Shown here: positions 46,305 through 46,372 of the stretch, piece after piece
Numbering within the stretch: position 1 is the first letter of the stretch
How the letters are laid out: every line of letters starts with the position of its first letter
IMG/VR virus record: IMGVR_UViG_3300027887_000019
Coordinates: 1 to 46,372 of that record
Source: a virus
Lineage: Duplodnaviria > Caudoviricetes
Length of the DNA stretch: 46,372 nucleotides
Strand: one strand, 5' to 3'
Position numbers and translations under genes: made by a program
Notes under the pieces: model-generated
Told to the model about the DNA's origin: nothing
What the model saw: the letters and a program-made list of their open reading frames with translations, nothing else
Database searches by the model: none

Positions 46305-46372
46305 TTATCCGACCGGCCCTCGCGAGGGGAGGGCCCCTGGCGCTCGGCCCACGGCCCGCCCACGACGCGGCG

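Larger units (their letters stand above)
1345..46372. mobile_element. Podovirus-like Caudoviricetes phage genome, near complete, no integrase seen
   Basis: TerL, portal, scaffold, MCP, adaptor, nozzle, ejection proteins and PolA; no tape-measure or sheath gene; GC drops sharply at ~1345. Confidence 0.95.

Noticed and set aside
1345-46372. Alternative genetic code or a modified-base (dZ, 7-deazaguanine, hmU) pathway
   Set aside because: Genes are intact and tightly packed in code 11 using all three stops; no purZ, queuosine-pathway or thymidylate-synthase-like genes recognised.

Overview
Almost all of this window (~1345-46372) is a near-complete, circularly permuted genome of an uncultured podovirus-like tailed phage (roughly 44% GC by eye). 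A rightward early/replication arm encodes GroES, a Cas4-like nuclease, a Sak4-like ATPase, an SSB, a UDG-fused DNA polymerase A and a DUF3987 helicase. It converges on a leftward virion arm encoding TerS, TerL, a P22-like portal, scaffold, gpT-like major capsid, lysis genes, adaptor, nozzle and ejection proteins. A putative AT-rich origin lies at ~45.5-45.9 kb. The first ~1.34 kb is high-GC bacterial DNA (Hsp20, ACP, truncated PDH E2, a LarA-like fragment) joined through what look like two assembly-chimera junctions. I found no integrase or att site. The most striking feature is that seven tail-fibre/decoration-type proteins in the virion operon carry N-terminal export signals, most with Thr-Pro mucin-like tracts and many Cys, while core virion proteins do not. 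This suggests virion accessories are matured outside the cytoplasm. Other leads are genome-wide over-representation of CGGCCG and an injected zincin protease carrying repeated sliding-clamp-like motifs. All family calls come from motif recognition by eye; no searches were run.
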